Source: Callorhinchus milii (taxonomy: Eukaryota). Taken from it: DNA of 64,000 nt. Below are positions 1 to 11,548 of this stretch, piece after piece. The stretch lies in assembly GCF_018977255.1 (NCBI RefSeq), contig NW_024704760.1:310001-374000 (forward strand). Direction: 5' to 3'. The translations under genes were made by a program, and so were the position numbers. Under the pieces are notes generated by a model that did no database searches, was not told the origin of the DNA, and saw only the letters and a list, made by a program, of their open reading frames with translations. Every line of letters begins with the position of its first letter. The stretch's first letter is position 1.

Positions 1-122
1 CTCACACTGGCTCACACGTGTGGCTCGTCTGGTGTCATAGCCCCGACCACAGCACATCACCTCACAGCCATCTGTTCCTCGCGACGACTTATTGCACACA
101 CGCCCTGCTGTGCCCAGCGAGC
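1..122 (-). CDS. WNT2B: WNT2B last coding exon (exon 5), truncated by window edge
   Basis: Acceptor ttgctgtag| (ct at 123-124 on +). Translates (G)[46 protein letters not shown] and QCE are WNT2B-type rather than WNT2-type (GMDSCE/KCG). Phase 1 matches exon 4. Confidence 0.95.
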
Positions 123-299
123 CTACAGCAACAAGGGGAGAAATCACAACAGGTGTGTGGACACAGATCCCTTTCCACCGTTGATCTCATCTTGTAGAAT
201 ATCCACAACAATAACAAATGACACTTGTATAGCGCCCTCCAGATCGGAAAGACTTCCCAGGGCTCTGACACCCCATATCCACTCTATCTTCTCCCATCA

Positions 300-420
300 C
301 AGCATCAAGCTGTTTCTTAAAAGACTCCCATTCCTGACCACTCTTTTTCACCTGTTAATTATCCTCTGTGTAAAGAAATACTTCCTGGTATCTATGCTAC
401 ACTTTCCCCTCACCCCCTGG
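300..420 (-). mobile_element. CR1-type LINE 3' fragment
   Basis: Minus strand reads ...gataccaggaagtatttctttacacagaggataattaacagg, the RKYFFTQRxxN C-terminus of CR1 ORF2. Related pieces at ~1830-1910 (+), ~22985-23345 (-) and ~30835-30885 (-). Confidence 0.6.
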
Positions 421-869
421 AGCCTGTCGTCAACAACAACGTGGATTTACATAGCGCCCTCCACACTGGACGGCGTCTCAGAATGCTATCTTCCTGCCCG
501 GAAGATGAGCAACGTGAGAGTCAGGAATATCCATATCCTGACAGGGACAGAAAACTGGTTTCCGAATTAAGAATAATTCAAAATAATGTTTTGCAATTCT
601 CCAAAATGTTACTTTTTAAATATAAATCTTAAATCTGAACTCGGGAAAATTTTGGAGATGAGTTAAAATAATTGAGGAGATAGCTTCACTTTTGGCACAT
701 TTCCCCTTACCTCCGTGCCCACCCGCACCCCCCCAACCCCTGCACCCACTCCTCCGCCTCCCCTTTCCATTTTTTTTTTTACAGTGACTGAGCCGAGACT
801 TACAACAACAACTTATATTTATACAGTGCCCTTCATGCGGGGAAGGGTCCCGGAGCACATTAAGCTTAC

Positions 870-1134
870 CTATAGCTTTATCCAGGACACAATAATCGGG
901 GGAGTTTTCGAAGTAAACCAGCTCGGTTTTCATGAGCTGGGCAGTCCTCCTGTTAGCCACGGTGAATCCCGTGCCATCCTGGTTCATGGTGACCTGCACG
1001 GCTAAGTGGTACCGTTTCCGCAGGTAATCCCCGGTTTTTCTAAAGTCCGACATGGCATTCCAGCAAGTGCGAACAGTGCAGGTGCCACTGATTCCGTGAC
1101 ATTTACACTCCAGCTTCATGAAGCGTTTCACCGC
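870..1134 (-). CDS. WNT2B: WNT2B coding exon 4 (265 bp)
   Basis: caccag|GCG acceptor, G|gtaag donor. Encodes [25 protein letters not shown]...[18 protein letters not shown], including the CKCHGxSGxC motif with the Porcupine-acylated Ser. Confidence 0.96.
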
Positions 1135-1499
1135 CTGGTGAGACGGAAAAGTGACAGCATTAACCCCCCAGGGACAGGGACTAGGACTTACCTCTCCCCA
1201 ACGAGCTCTCAGCCCAGCCTGAAGCTCTCACTCACACCTACACACGTGCTATAAACAATGGGAACGCACACAAGTGAACAGCATCAGCATGTTTGTATTC
1301 TCGAATGTGAGAATGACTTCCTGCTGCTGGCAATGCCTCTGTTGGCCGGGATCCCAATCACTGCAGCTGCCCATTTCAGGAGCTTTTTGGACACGACTGT
1401 CTCCACAGTTCCTTTTTAGGTGCCACACAGCGCAGAGAGCAACAATACCAGGTTCTCCGCTAGGAACATCTGGCTTTCCTTAGGAGAAAATATTTCCTG

Positions 1500-1765
1500 A
1501 CAGACCAGGTGAGGGGAATGGGAGGAGGGGAATAAGGAGACATCCTTAGATATCCCCGGAAAGGTGTCCCCAAAATAACCTCTTCGAATAAGGCCAACAG
1601 GGATCATTAAAGTGCTGATAGACAGGAGCGCAGTTTAATGTCTCCTCTGAAGGATGATATCTCTAACAATGTACCCCCCCAAACACTGGACTGAGGTGTC
1701 AGCCTAGACTAAGCTTTAAGTCTCCAATGTGGGGCCTGAACCCACAACTTTTTGACTCTGAAGTC
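1500..1765 (-). mobile_element. Old Deu-domain tRNA-SINE fragment
   Basis: Reverse complement shows agagtcaaaaagttgtgggttcaggccccac...ctgacacctcagtccagtg...gagacattaaact. Homologous to the copies at 28165-28345 and 39780-40137. Confidence 0.55.
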
Positions 1766-2556
1766 TGACATACAGGCTGACATACACAGAGAAATGTGTT
1801 GAGAAAGCATTTCTAGCTGAGCACATCTGGAAAAGGTTAGGACAGGCACCAGGAAGTATTTCTTTACACAGACAGGAGACAGCAACTGGTGGAGCAGGTT
1901 AATGGCAGGACGTTCATGCTGTCGTGTGAAGACGAGAGGAGTGAGGTTCTGGAAGATGAAATGAACAATATTCTTTGACCAAATGAGCAGCAGGAATTCC
2001 AGGAACTTTGTGTTTCTCCAATAGGAATGAAGTGAAAGTCGAAGAATGATACAGTGAGTGAAATGTTTCCTAATATTTCCTACTGGGAAGTAATAATAAT
2101 AATAATCAGGATATTTCCAACTGCTGAAAAACGTAACTTTTTGAAAAGTGAAGTTCAAAAAAACTATCATTTGTTGAGAATTATTTTAAATTGATTTAAA
2201 AATCATTAATAATTGAGCTCTCGAGGCACACGTTTCAAACATGTAGATGTTTGGAGGTTTATAGCATCTGATACCAATTGTTCTGGGCTGGCTGACAGCC
2301 CAACACAACCTATAGCAGATGTGCAGCTCACTTTTTTTACAGGAGAAAGAGATCAACATGTGTCAGCTTCAAGATGTATGTGTGTGTGCGGGGGGAGTCA
2401 GCATGGTACAGGGTCATACGTGGGAGGCAGAGGGTGGGCATGTGTCTGGGGACCGGTTAATAAGACTGGTCCTCGAGGCAAGAGGAGAGAGACTTTGGGA
2501 TGTTCCTTAGGAGGAGGGCGTGGGGCGTGGTGAGGGGGGGTGTGGTCAGCACTTAC

Positions 2557-2834
2557 TGTCCTCCCACAGCGATTGTTGTGCAGGTTCATGTGTGCTCTGG
2601 CGTCCTTCTCTTTCTTCTCCTTGGCGTCCACAAACACTTTGGAGAAGTTGATGGCGTACTTGATGTTGTCACTGCAGCCGCCCCAGTCGTACTCTCTCTT
2701 GGTGTTGTGTTTCTTGTCCCCCTCGTGTGTGTCGCAGCTACAGTTGTGGAGCTCCCCCTGGCTGCAGGCTCTGGTGATGGCGTGGACCACCCCAGCCGAG
2801 GAGATGGCGTACACAAAGGCCGCCTCAGGGCTGC
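2557..2834 (-). CDS. WNT2B: WNT2B coding exon 3 (278 bp)
   Basis: ccccacag|GC acceptor, ACA|gtaagt donor. Encodes [28 protein letters not shown]...WGGCSDNI...[16 protein letters not shown]. Confidence 0.96.
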
Positions 2835-3980
2835 CTGTGGGGGGAGTGGGCAGCGGGCAGGGTCAGTGTTATACAGTGCTTTGCCTCCTGCACCCCCCTC
2901 TCTCCCAAAGCCCCTCTCTCCCAAAGCCCCTCTCTCGCTGCTTTGAAACCCCTAAGACCCTCCTCCGGGGTCTGTGTTTCAGATCCTCTCAGGCGGTCGC
3001 TGAGGGTGACAGCCTGACCCACAGCCCTGTGCGGCCGGGAGAGAGAGACAGACAGAGAGGGGAGGGGGTGAGGGAGGCGGAGGGCAAGGGAGGCAGAGAG
3101 CGAGGGAACGAGGGAGACGGAGAGAGAGTTAGGAGGAGAACAAGAGAGCAAGAGGAGGAGAACGGAGAGCGAGAGGAGCGAAGAACCGTCTCTTGCTTTC
3201 ACATAAAACTTCCACTTTAGAACAAGTTAGCCATAAACAGCTGTGTGTTTATTGTGAACATTAGTGAGTGTCCGGGGAATATTTATTAGCATTTCTGATA
3301 AAACTTTGGCTGTTTATGCTGCATTTATAACACGTTTTATTTCTAGTTGAGGAGTCGTGAGGCAATGACTTAATTTACTGATAGCAAATAACTGCTCTCG
3401 TAGCAACATAAACAGCAGTAAATCCGCCCCGGCACCAAGAGAGAGAGAGTGTGTGGCGTTTACACTACCTCCCGCCCGCCCGCCTGCCTCCTGACAGCCA
3501 TCTATTACCAGCGCATTCCAGCTGTGTCACAGCAGGGCCTCTATACTGTAAGCACTTGGTCCCGCTCACATTAAACACTCTCTCTTTCTGGCGAGGAAAT
3601 CTCAGCTTGGTTTGGACACAGTGATGGGTTTCCGCACATGTCAGACACATATCTCTGGCATCGCAGGAACACAAGTGTGAGTGTTAATGAGGCACCAAAA
3701 CAACACATTGTAAAAGAAAAACACACTAACAAACTACGCTATTCCCACTTCAGGCTTCACACAGTGTTGGCAACAGGGATGGAGTGTTGGTGTGGTGTGA
3801 AGTCAGGTTAATGTCGTCTTAAAATAGCACAAGGAAGTGAGGGGGGAGAGAGAAAGAGTGAGTGAGTGAGAGGCTGAGAGAAACAGCTCCAACGTAAGGA
3901 TTATTTAATACACACACAAACACCACCCACCTACATCCACACACACACACGAACACCACACACACTTGTTGCCCACTTAC

Positions 3981-4201
3981 TTCTGAGCATGACTTTGCCG
4001 AACACAGTGTGGTCTCTGGCTAAAGTGCTGCAGTTCCACCGGTGGTGTCGGAATTGGTGCTGACATTCCCGGATCCACTCTTTGGCGCCCTCCCCGATGG
4101 ACTGCATGATATCGGCGTGTCTCTGGCACAACTGCCGCTGTTTGTTGACTAAACCGGGGATGTTGTTACAGATCACACGAGCTCCCAGCGCCCCAATGTA
4201 C
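3981..4201 (-). CDS. WNT2B: WNT2B coding exon 2 (221 bp)
   Basis: ggcag|G acceptor, A|gtaagt donor. Encodes [26 protein letters not shown]...[40 protein letters not shown] is characteristic of WNT2B. Confidence 0.96.
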
Positions 4202-4789
4202 CTGCCGGAGAGACACAGAGACTCAGCACCTCACAGTCCACAGCAACTTTAATAATAATAATCCTGATATTTGATACAGCGCCTCATCACGTCTTCGAGA
4301 CGTCTCAAAGCGCTTCTCAGGATATACTGTAAAGTGAATTGACTGTATACTTTGTGGGCAAACCTTTCAACCAGAAGATCATTTAGTGGAACATTTCAAG
4401 ATCCCATTCCCCTGCCCCAAACAAAACACTCCTTGTCCAGCAAGGACCACCCTTCCAGTTAGAACTTTGGCTGCAGGGTTAACAGGAGCTGAGTGGGAGG
4501 ATTCCCAGCCCCCAGTGACTGGTCTGCCCTTCCAGGTCCTGCCGATGAGCCAGGCCGGGCTGTGCTGTCATCATCAATGCCCTGGAATACCATGGTCCCT
4601 CCTGGCTCAGGAACCAGACGAGAGACCCTCACAGGTGGCTCGATCCTGACATTCCATTGCCAGGCATGTCACCTTGAAGCCAATTCAGCCCTAAACAGAC
4701 CTCACTTACTCCCCAACTAACCCCACCCCCCACCACCCCTTCCAGAAGAATCATGTTGTACTTTTAGAAAATAATCATTTTTAGGGGGT

Positions 4790-5165
4790 GTCAAGGCTAC
4801 AGAAGAGATTCATGAAGGTAAGAGCAGCGATTAATTGTTGAGAGGTTTCACTTGTGAGGAGAAAAATTGGAGCTGTTTTGACTAGAAAGTAGGGAAGGTT
4901 GAGAGAAGATCTGATAGAGGTTCTCACAGTCACAAGTGGTTCTGATAAATAAAGAGATTGATTTCCACTGGTGGGAAAGTCAGTAACTGGAGGCTGTACA
5001 TTTATCACCAGAAACCCAGTGTGAGAGGTTAGCAGTGTTACACGGCGGGGGGTGGGGGGTCTTGGGAAATCCTAACAAAAATACTGATTATAGCAAAATC
5101 CATCACAGCTTTTTAAGGATGAATTAGACAAATGTTCAAAAAAATATATATATACAAGGCTCGTA
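4790..5165 (+). mobile_element. Degraded CR1 LINE ORF2 3' fragment (WNT2B intron 1)
   Basis: cagaagagattc...gaaggttgagagaagatctgatagaggtt...tttccactggtg...taactggagg matches the QRRF...RLRGDLIEV...LFPL...TRGH region of CR1 ORF2, with frameshifts. Confidence 0.65.
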
Positions 5166-6445
5166 AGGGGCAGGGTAGCTCATAGTGGGATTCTGAGGGG
5201 GGTATAGTGTGGGGGTGGGGTGAGGTGTTGTACAGTGTGTGGAGGGTGTATAGGGTGGGACAGTGTGTAGTGCCGCGGTGAGGGTTGTTGTACGGGGACT
5301 GGGGATGTTTAGTGTGAGGGTAGGGTGAGGAGTGGGAGGGTATAGTGGGTGGGGGGGGGAGTAGAATTAATTTTATGTTACTTAATTTTGGAAACTGCTC
5401 AGCCTGTGAATATCCCAGAATTTAACCATGAATGGTTAATAATCTCTCTCTCTCACAGTGACCAGGGCACAGACAGACACACACTGAGTTCACCCTCACC
5501 CACATTCGTGAACTGAAATGAGTATTTTATTTTCAAAGTTTAAAGCAGAAAGTGTTGCACATTTCTAATCTGACCATTTAGTCACACAGTGACCCTCCAG
5601 GACTTATCACATTGCAATGTGTCTCTCTATCTCCTCACAGAACAACACAAATAGACACAAGCATCCACACACACGACATCCTTCCTGTGAATGTCACACA
5701 CAAAACTCCCCCAACTCACCTCCTTCATCACTTTCAATCACCCACAAAACACACAGTCACTACACTTTACAGTACATCCTGTGAAGCACTTTGCGAGGTC
5801 TTGAAGACACGATAAGGCGAGGATTATTACTATTATTATTGATGACCGAATAAGGTTTTAACGATCGATCACACGTCCTGGTCAGTGTGAGCACAGGAAT
5901 CTCCAGATCAATACATTCACAAATGTAGCAGATTTATTTTGTCACTTCTCTTTCAAAATTTCTCTTGTAATAACATCACCGCCCCCCCCCCCCCCCCCCC
6001 CCCATCACTGAGCCTGGGACATTTGGGAATACTGGTACTGGACATTGGGAATATTAAGACTGGACTGTGAGAATATTGGAATTGAGGGAGCTGCGATGGT
6101 CATTGTGTTCGCAGAGGCTGCGGGAAGCCCCGCCACCCCAGGCAGTCAGACACCCACAGCGACCCTCAGACACCAGGCAATAACTCAAAATGTTTTATAT
6201 ATTCTCACAGCAGGAATGTAGGCGCTGGAAACCTGAGCAATGTGTGCTCTGGACAAACGTGTGTGAGGGAGAGGAGGGGAGGAGAGGAGATGGACGCTGA
6301 GATGGGAAAGTGGCGAGAACAGGTAACAGCCCCACAATAGTGAGGGTAACTGTAGAGAGAGACACTGATTCAGTCAGGACCTGAGCTCACTTCAGCCCCT
6401 TAATTTAACAACAATAATAAAACAAAAAATGTAATAATAATACTT

Positions 6446-6720
6446 GGAGTCCTGTAGCTCAGTGGTTAGAGCGCTCGCCTTGCAAGCGAGAGACCTGGGT
6501 CTGATTCCCGGCAGGGCGAAACCTTGGGCAAGTTTCCTTACTCCACGCGCCTAACAATAATCCCTCAAGAAAATAATTTGGTCACTTCAATCCACGACTG
6601 GTTGTGGGACACTGCTGTAAGCAATTGGCTGCCGGGTTTCGCCCACAAATATACAGTCAATTCACTTTGAGATGCCTCGAAGACGTGAAAGGCGCTGTAT
6701 CCAATGCAAGGATTATTATT
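6446..6720 (+). mobile_element. Full-length young tRNA-head SINE (subfamily A)
   Basis: Head GGAGTCCTGTAGCTCAGTGGTTAGAGCGCTCGCCTTGCAAGCGAG with A-box and B-box-like motifs, Deu-like body gtgggacactgctg...aattggctgcc, and tail aatgcaagg(att)n. Closely related copies at 11266, 36893, 54647 and 61959. Confidence 0.9.
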
Positions 6721-6961
6721 TTGTTTATTATACTAATAAAAAGCACGAAAATAAAATCCAATGATTCCCTGCAAAGCTACCTGGAGCTCAGTGAAGTGTC
6801 TTGAGTGTGTGTGTGAGACAGAGAGCTGTGGGATATGATCAGCACAATAGGTATGTTTTACAGTCACTGACAATCTTATCGCTCGGACAGACGAAAGATA
6901 GCGAGAGAATCCATCAGCGTCCACAGTCCTACAGCTACACAACACAGTGCTTAACACAGGG

Positions 6962-7500
6962 ACTGTGTCTGTGTGTCTGTGTCTCTCTGTGTCTGTGTCT
7001 CTCTCTGTATCTGTCTCTCTCTATGTCTGTCTGTCTGTGTGTCTCTCTCTGTGTCAGTGTGTGTGTCTCTCTATGTGTCAGTGTGTGTCTCTCTCTGTGT
7101 CAGTGTGTGTCTCTCTGTGTCACTGTGTGTCTCTCTCTGTGTCACTGTGTCTCTCTCTCTGTCACTGTGTGTGTCGCTCTCTGTGTCAGTGTGTGTGTCT
7201 CTCTCTGTGTCAGTGTGTGTCTCTCTCTGTGTCATTGTGTCTCTCTCTGTGTCACTGTGTGTCTCTCTCTGTGTCACTGTGTGTCTCTCTCTGTGTCAGT
7301 GTGTGTCTCTCTCTCTGTCACTGTGTGTGTCGCTCTCTGTGTCAGTGTGTGTGTCTCTCTCTGTGTCAGTGTGTGTCTCTCTCTGTGTCATTGTGTGTCT
7401 CTCTCTGTGTCACTGTGTGTCTCTCTCTGTGTCACTGTGTGTCTCTCTCTGTGTCACTGTGTGTCTCTCTCTGTGTCACTGTGTGTGTCTCTGTGTCAGT
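6962..7500. repeat. ~20-bp CT/GT minisatellite (ctctctctgtgtcactgtgtgt)n
   Basis: Visible tandem array beginning ~30 bp inside WNT2B intron 1. Confidence 0.95.
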
Positions 7501-7536
7501 GTATCTCGGAGGGACTTCGCTCAGTCGTGCACTCAC

Positions 7537-7718
7537 CACCATGACGGCTCCACTCGGGGTGTCAGAGTGAGGAGGATGAGGAGGAAAGCGACACAGAGCC
7601 TCGGGGTGGGGTTGTTGCCCTCGGAGACCCCCGGAGTGTTCCCGTGTCTGACCCCCGCGGCTCCCGAGCCTCTGCAGAGACGTCTGTGCGACTCTCCAGC
7701 CCGGACCCCCCCGGCCAT
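7537..7718 (-). CDS. WNT2B: WNT2B coding exon 1 (182 bp): long N-terminal leader plus signal peptide
   Basis: ATG at 7718, with an upstream in-frame TAA at 7794-7796 and no earlier in-frame ATG. Encodes MAGGVRAG...[22 protein letters not shown], then TG|gtgagt. Phase 2 joins exon 2 to give SWWYIG. CpG-rich context. Confidence 0.9.
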
Positions 7719-8009
7719 CAGCACAGTGACAAGTGCCGCGTTACACCGCCGAGCAATCGCTTTAAATGTCTGTTGCAGTTGTTGTCCGAGGTTTTAGGTA
7801 CAAATCTGATTAAATCCACCGCTTTAAATCCATCTTATGCTGCGATGGGATCTGCGAACTGCCCATCCACCCCCTGCGCTGTGAGCGCCTGTGGGCGAGG
7901 GATGCGGAGCTCTGGGGGTCTGCGGGCAGTTTGGGGAGAGGTACCTTATGGCTTCGATCTGCTCAGCTCTGACCTCTCTCTCTCTCTCCCTGTGATGAGC
8001 TCTGAATGC

Positions 8010-8300
8010 TCTCTCCCTGTGCTGCTCTCTCTCCCTGTGCTGCTCTCTCTCCCTGTGCTGCTCTCTCTCCCTGTGCTGCTCTCTCTCCCTGTGCTGCTCT
8101 CTCTCCCTGTGCTGCTCTCTCTCCCTGTGCTGCTCTCTCTCCCTGTGCTGCTCTCTCTCCCTGTGCTGCTCTCTCTCCCTGTGCTGCTCTCTCCCTCTCT
8201 CTCTCTCTGTGCCTCTCTCTCCCTGTGCTGCTCTCTCTCTCTGTGCCACTCTCTCCCTGTGCTGCTCTCTCTCCCTGTGCTGAGCTCTGTTCTGATGCTC
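8010..8300. repeat. 18-bp tandem repeat (ctctctccctgtgctgct)n upstream of WNT2B
   Basis: About 10 perfect units followed by degenerate ones. Confidence 0.95.
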
Positions 8301-8600
8301 TCTCTCCCTCTCTCTGTCCCACACAGTGAAGTCCGGTTCCTCACTATAGCATTAGACCGTCATCAGCATCAAACGCGAGCCTCGGAGTCGCCCTCTTCTG
8401 GTTCAGAGGCGTCACTGCACAGCCCACACCACCTGCCGACACAACATCACACACTGCGTTAGTCAGGGTGGGAGACACAGCCTGGCGCCCCCCCCCCAAC
8501 ACACACACACACACACTCTCTATCCCTCCCCCCCCCCCAACACACAGACACACACTCTCTATCCCTCCCCCCCCCACACACACACTCTCTCTCTCCCCCA

Positions 8601-8720
8601 AATAATAATACTAATAATTCTTGCATTTCACACAGCGCCACATCATGTCTTCAAGACGTCTCAAAGAGCTTCGCAGAATATATTGTAAAGTGTAGTGACT
8701 GTATTTTGTGGGCGAAACGG
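8601..8720 (-). mobile_element. SINE 3' tail fragment
   Basis: aataataat...ttgcatttca...gacgtctcaaag...tgtaaagtgtagtgactgtattttgtgggcgaaacg. Similar tail fragments at ~4252-4360, 5760-5840, 13720-13890, 19380-19510, 20441-20560, 26905-27083, 35260-35430, 38440-38530, 41979-42080, 45140-45215 and 56120-56295. Confidence 0.8.
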
Positions 8721-8764
8721 CTGTGGATATTGGATCCATTCAAATTTTCATACTTTCTTCAAAC

Positions 8765-9025
8765 TCGAATGCATTGCCTGAAAGGCTGGTGGAAGCCGAT
8801 TCAAGAACAACTTTCAAGAGAGAAGTGGATAATTTTTGGGGGAGGACAAGTTTTCAGGGCTATGGGGAGAGAATGGGGGAGTGGGATTGATTTGGAAGCT
8901 CTTTTCCAAGAACCGGCACAGACATGATGGGCTGAATGGCCTCCGGTGCTGCGTAATTCTATGATTCTATGAATGGCAGAACAGGCTCGAGGGCCTGAAT
9001 GGCCTCCTGTTCCTATGTTCCCATG
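8765..9025 (+). mobile_element. CR1 LINE 3' end with two tandem 3' tails
   Basis: aatgcattgcctgaaaggctggtggaagccgattc...ttcaagagagaagtggat...ggcacagacatgatgggctgaatggcctcc...attctatgattctatg, followed by a second tail ggctcgagggcctgaatggcctcctgttcctatgtt. Related pieces at ~46910-47060 and 47750-47915. Confidence 0.8.
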
Positions 9026-9814
9026 TTGGGCTGAGTGACACACAGGGATGGAGAGTTGGGTTTAGGGAATGTCACATTTAGGTTAATAAAGAAACTGGCC
9101 CCAACTTTAATTTAGTTTTCTCTCTGGGCAAAATTATTTGTTCTGATGCTCCCTGGCTGGAGGGAAAGTATCAGAACCTGAATATAATTATAAACACATG
9201 TTTGTTTATGTGACATTTTGTATCGTTAAAAACTGTAATAGAGGAAGGAATATCCAGTTGGTATGTTAACCCCAAAATAGTTGCTCGTTTCACAATGATG
9301 AAAGAGATGGACAACAGAGCATAGATACTAACAGTAAGTCATCTGTCACTGTGTCGGACTGGGTATAGAGTTGACTCAAAGATCCCAGGGATGTGGCTAT
9401 GTATGTATGTGGGGTGTGTGGGGGGGGGGAGCCTGAGCCTCACGCCTCACTCCCCGATACTCACACCTCCCAGATGCCCCACCGCCATACAGTGACAGGA
9501 CATCAGTGACAGGCATCGGACATTCCCCTGTTTCTACTTTGTTCATTGAGATAAAATGGAAATTAATAAAATGTCACGTATAAAAGCAGCTGATAACAAG
9601 TCACCATCTCCAGGTAATGATGCCGTTGTTTCTGTATCTGTCAGATTGCATTGAGAACAAATTGTTGGGAGACAGATGCTGTCAGACAAACCATCCTTCC
9701 CCCTCACTGATGTCCATTTGCAGCAGGATTTTTGTACAGGTAAACTTACACATTTCTCTTACCTTAAGAAAAACTGCTTGTCTTTATCTCCAACTGTGTC
9801 ACCTCTTTAGACTA

Positions 9815-9940
9815 GTGTAGAGGGGCATTTACTGGATCTAATCCTGACCTGGGAGTGTGAATGGACAGTGTAGAGGAGCTTTACTGTGTCTCTAACCCTG
9901 ACCTGGGAGTGTGGACGCACAGTGTAGAGGAGCTTTATTT
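9815..9940 (+). repeat. Dispersed ~54-bp minisatellite, locus 1
   Basis: Unit tctctaaccctgacctgggagtgtggacgcacagtgtagaggagctttactgtg; ~2 units. Confidence 0.85.
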
Positions 9941-11265
9941 TGCATATTTTAAGAACTGTGGAAAACTGAATTCAACAATTTTCTAAAAAATGTCACTTTA
10001 GGAGAATGGTTTTATGGCTGAGACCAGGAGAATTCTGGGGCTTCTAATCCCCGTAACCGGCTGTGAGACAGATACACACTCCAACAGCATAGTAGCAAAT
10101 AGCAAACAACAAAAGTCACCAGAGAAAGTGACAGAGACGAACGTGCAGTAACTGTATGTGTTTAGTAACAGTGTCGGTGTGTATGTGTGCATGTGCATGT
10201 GCAGTAACTGTGTGGCCACTCCACACAGCAGATGTTCTCTTTCTGTTGCTGTTCAGCTAATCTCTGGATCCCCACAGCCCTATGATTTGCATTGTACAAA
10301 CAAACAATTTTTCATTTGCCTTCAGGATTCATTTACATCAAAGGCAGATCTCACCCCTCACAGCCACCCCCGCCCGCGCTTCAATTCCTTTACAGAAACA
10401 ACCCAAGTCTGAAACTAAACTCCACATGTGACAACACACACATCTCTGAGCAGCTTCAGGGACCTGGGTCTGTGTGTGACACAGGCTGTATGTGTGTGTG
10501 AGACAGACGGTGTGTGTGTGTGGGGGGGGGAGTCGCGTGTGTGCAATCACTGCTCTGGCACATCAGTTTGTAGTAAATCGTTTACTCTATTTTCTCCAAC
10601 TCTACTGAATTAATAGCCTTTACCTCCCAAATATCCAATGTGTTAGTTTTGCTGTGATTACAACTGCATGTGAGGACGGTGGGGGGTAAACATAGAGGGT
10701 TCTGCCCCCTCCCTACTCTCCCTCACTCCCTCCCTCTATCTCTCTCCTGCCCTTTTCTTCCCTCTTTCCCTCACTCGTTGTCTGCCTCTCTTCCCCATGG
10801 CTCTCCAGGGAGTTGGCTCTTTACTTATTTATTAAAAGCAAACCATTAGAAACCCAGCCAAATGACTAACTGAAGCTCATAAACACCCCAAGGACTGACT
10901 CACTTCCCCATAGAGAGGATTATTACATTGTTACTGACAAACCCAGGCCCAGGGTGTGATGCCCTGAGGGAGAGTAGAGGAGACGGGATGAATCAGATTC
11001 CCGTGATCAGATGGGAGACAATAGCCTGGAGCGAGAGGGAGGAACACTGTAGAGTGTGGGTGGAAAAACATCAATACAACAACAACAACTTGTGTTTACA
11101 CAGCGCCTTTCACATCAGGATGACATCCCAAAGTGCTGGACAGTTTGCAGATGAGCTGGTAGTTGGGACCAGAGGAGGGGGTGGAGGGCAGAGGAGGGAA
11201 GATGACCGAAGGCGCGGTCGAAACCCAACAATCCTCCCAGATAAAACCAGTCATTCATTCATTGT

Positions 11266-11548
11266 GGAGTCCTGTAGCTCAGTGGTTGGAGCACTCGCCT
11301 TGCAAGCGAGACACCTGGGTTCAATTCCAGGCAGAGGGCGAAACCTCGGGCAAGTTTCCTTACTCCACACAGAGCCTAATAATAATCCCTCCAAAAAAAA
11401 ACAATAAGAAATTGGTCATTTTCAATCCACAACTGTTTGTGGGACATTGCTGTGGCTAATTGGCTGCCGTGTTCCGCCCACAAATATATGGTCAATTCAC
11501 TTTACGAAGACGTGAAAAGCGCTATATCAAATGCAAGGATTATTATTA
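11266..11548 (+). mobile_element. Young tRNA-head SINE (subfamily A) nested in an older Deu-SINE
   Basis: Same head and tail as 6446, with a small internal deletion. Older SINE sequence flanks it on both sides (11228-11265 and 11556-11642). Confidence 0.85.

Noticed and set aside
616-869. Gly/Lys-rich C-terminal continuation of the WNT2B exon-4 ORF
   Set aside because: Intron read-through past a canonical G|gtaag donor. The true Wnt C-terminus is in the exon at 122-1.
6446-6520. Apparent tRNA-Ala(TGC) genes (also at 11266, 37213, 54647, 61959)
   Set aside because: There is no proper acceptor stem or Pol III terminator, and each continues into the same ~250-bp body and (att)n tail. These are SINE heads.
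1-7718. Calling the Wnt gene WNT2
   Set aside because: [24 protein letters not shown] and QCE, plus linkage to 1p13-type genes, favour WNT2B.
6801-8462. Long ORFs in several frames (VSLC-, LSLPVL- and REQHRE-rich)
   Set aside because: They are translations of stop-free tandem repeats, open in multiple frames and strands, with no domain features.
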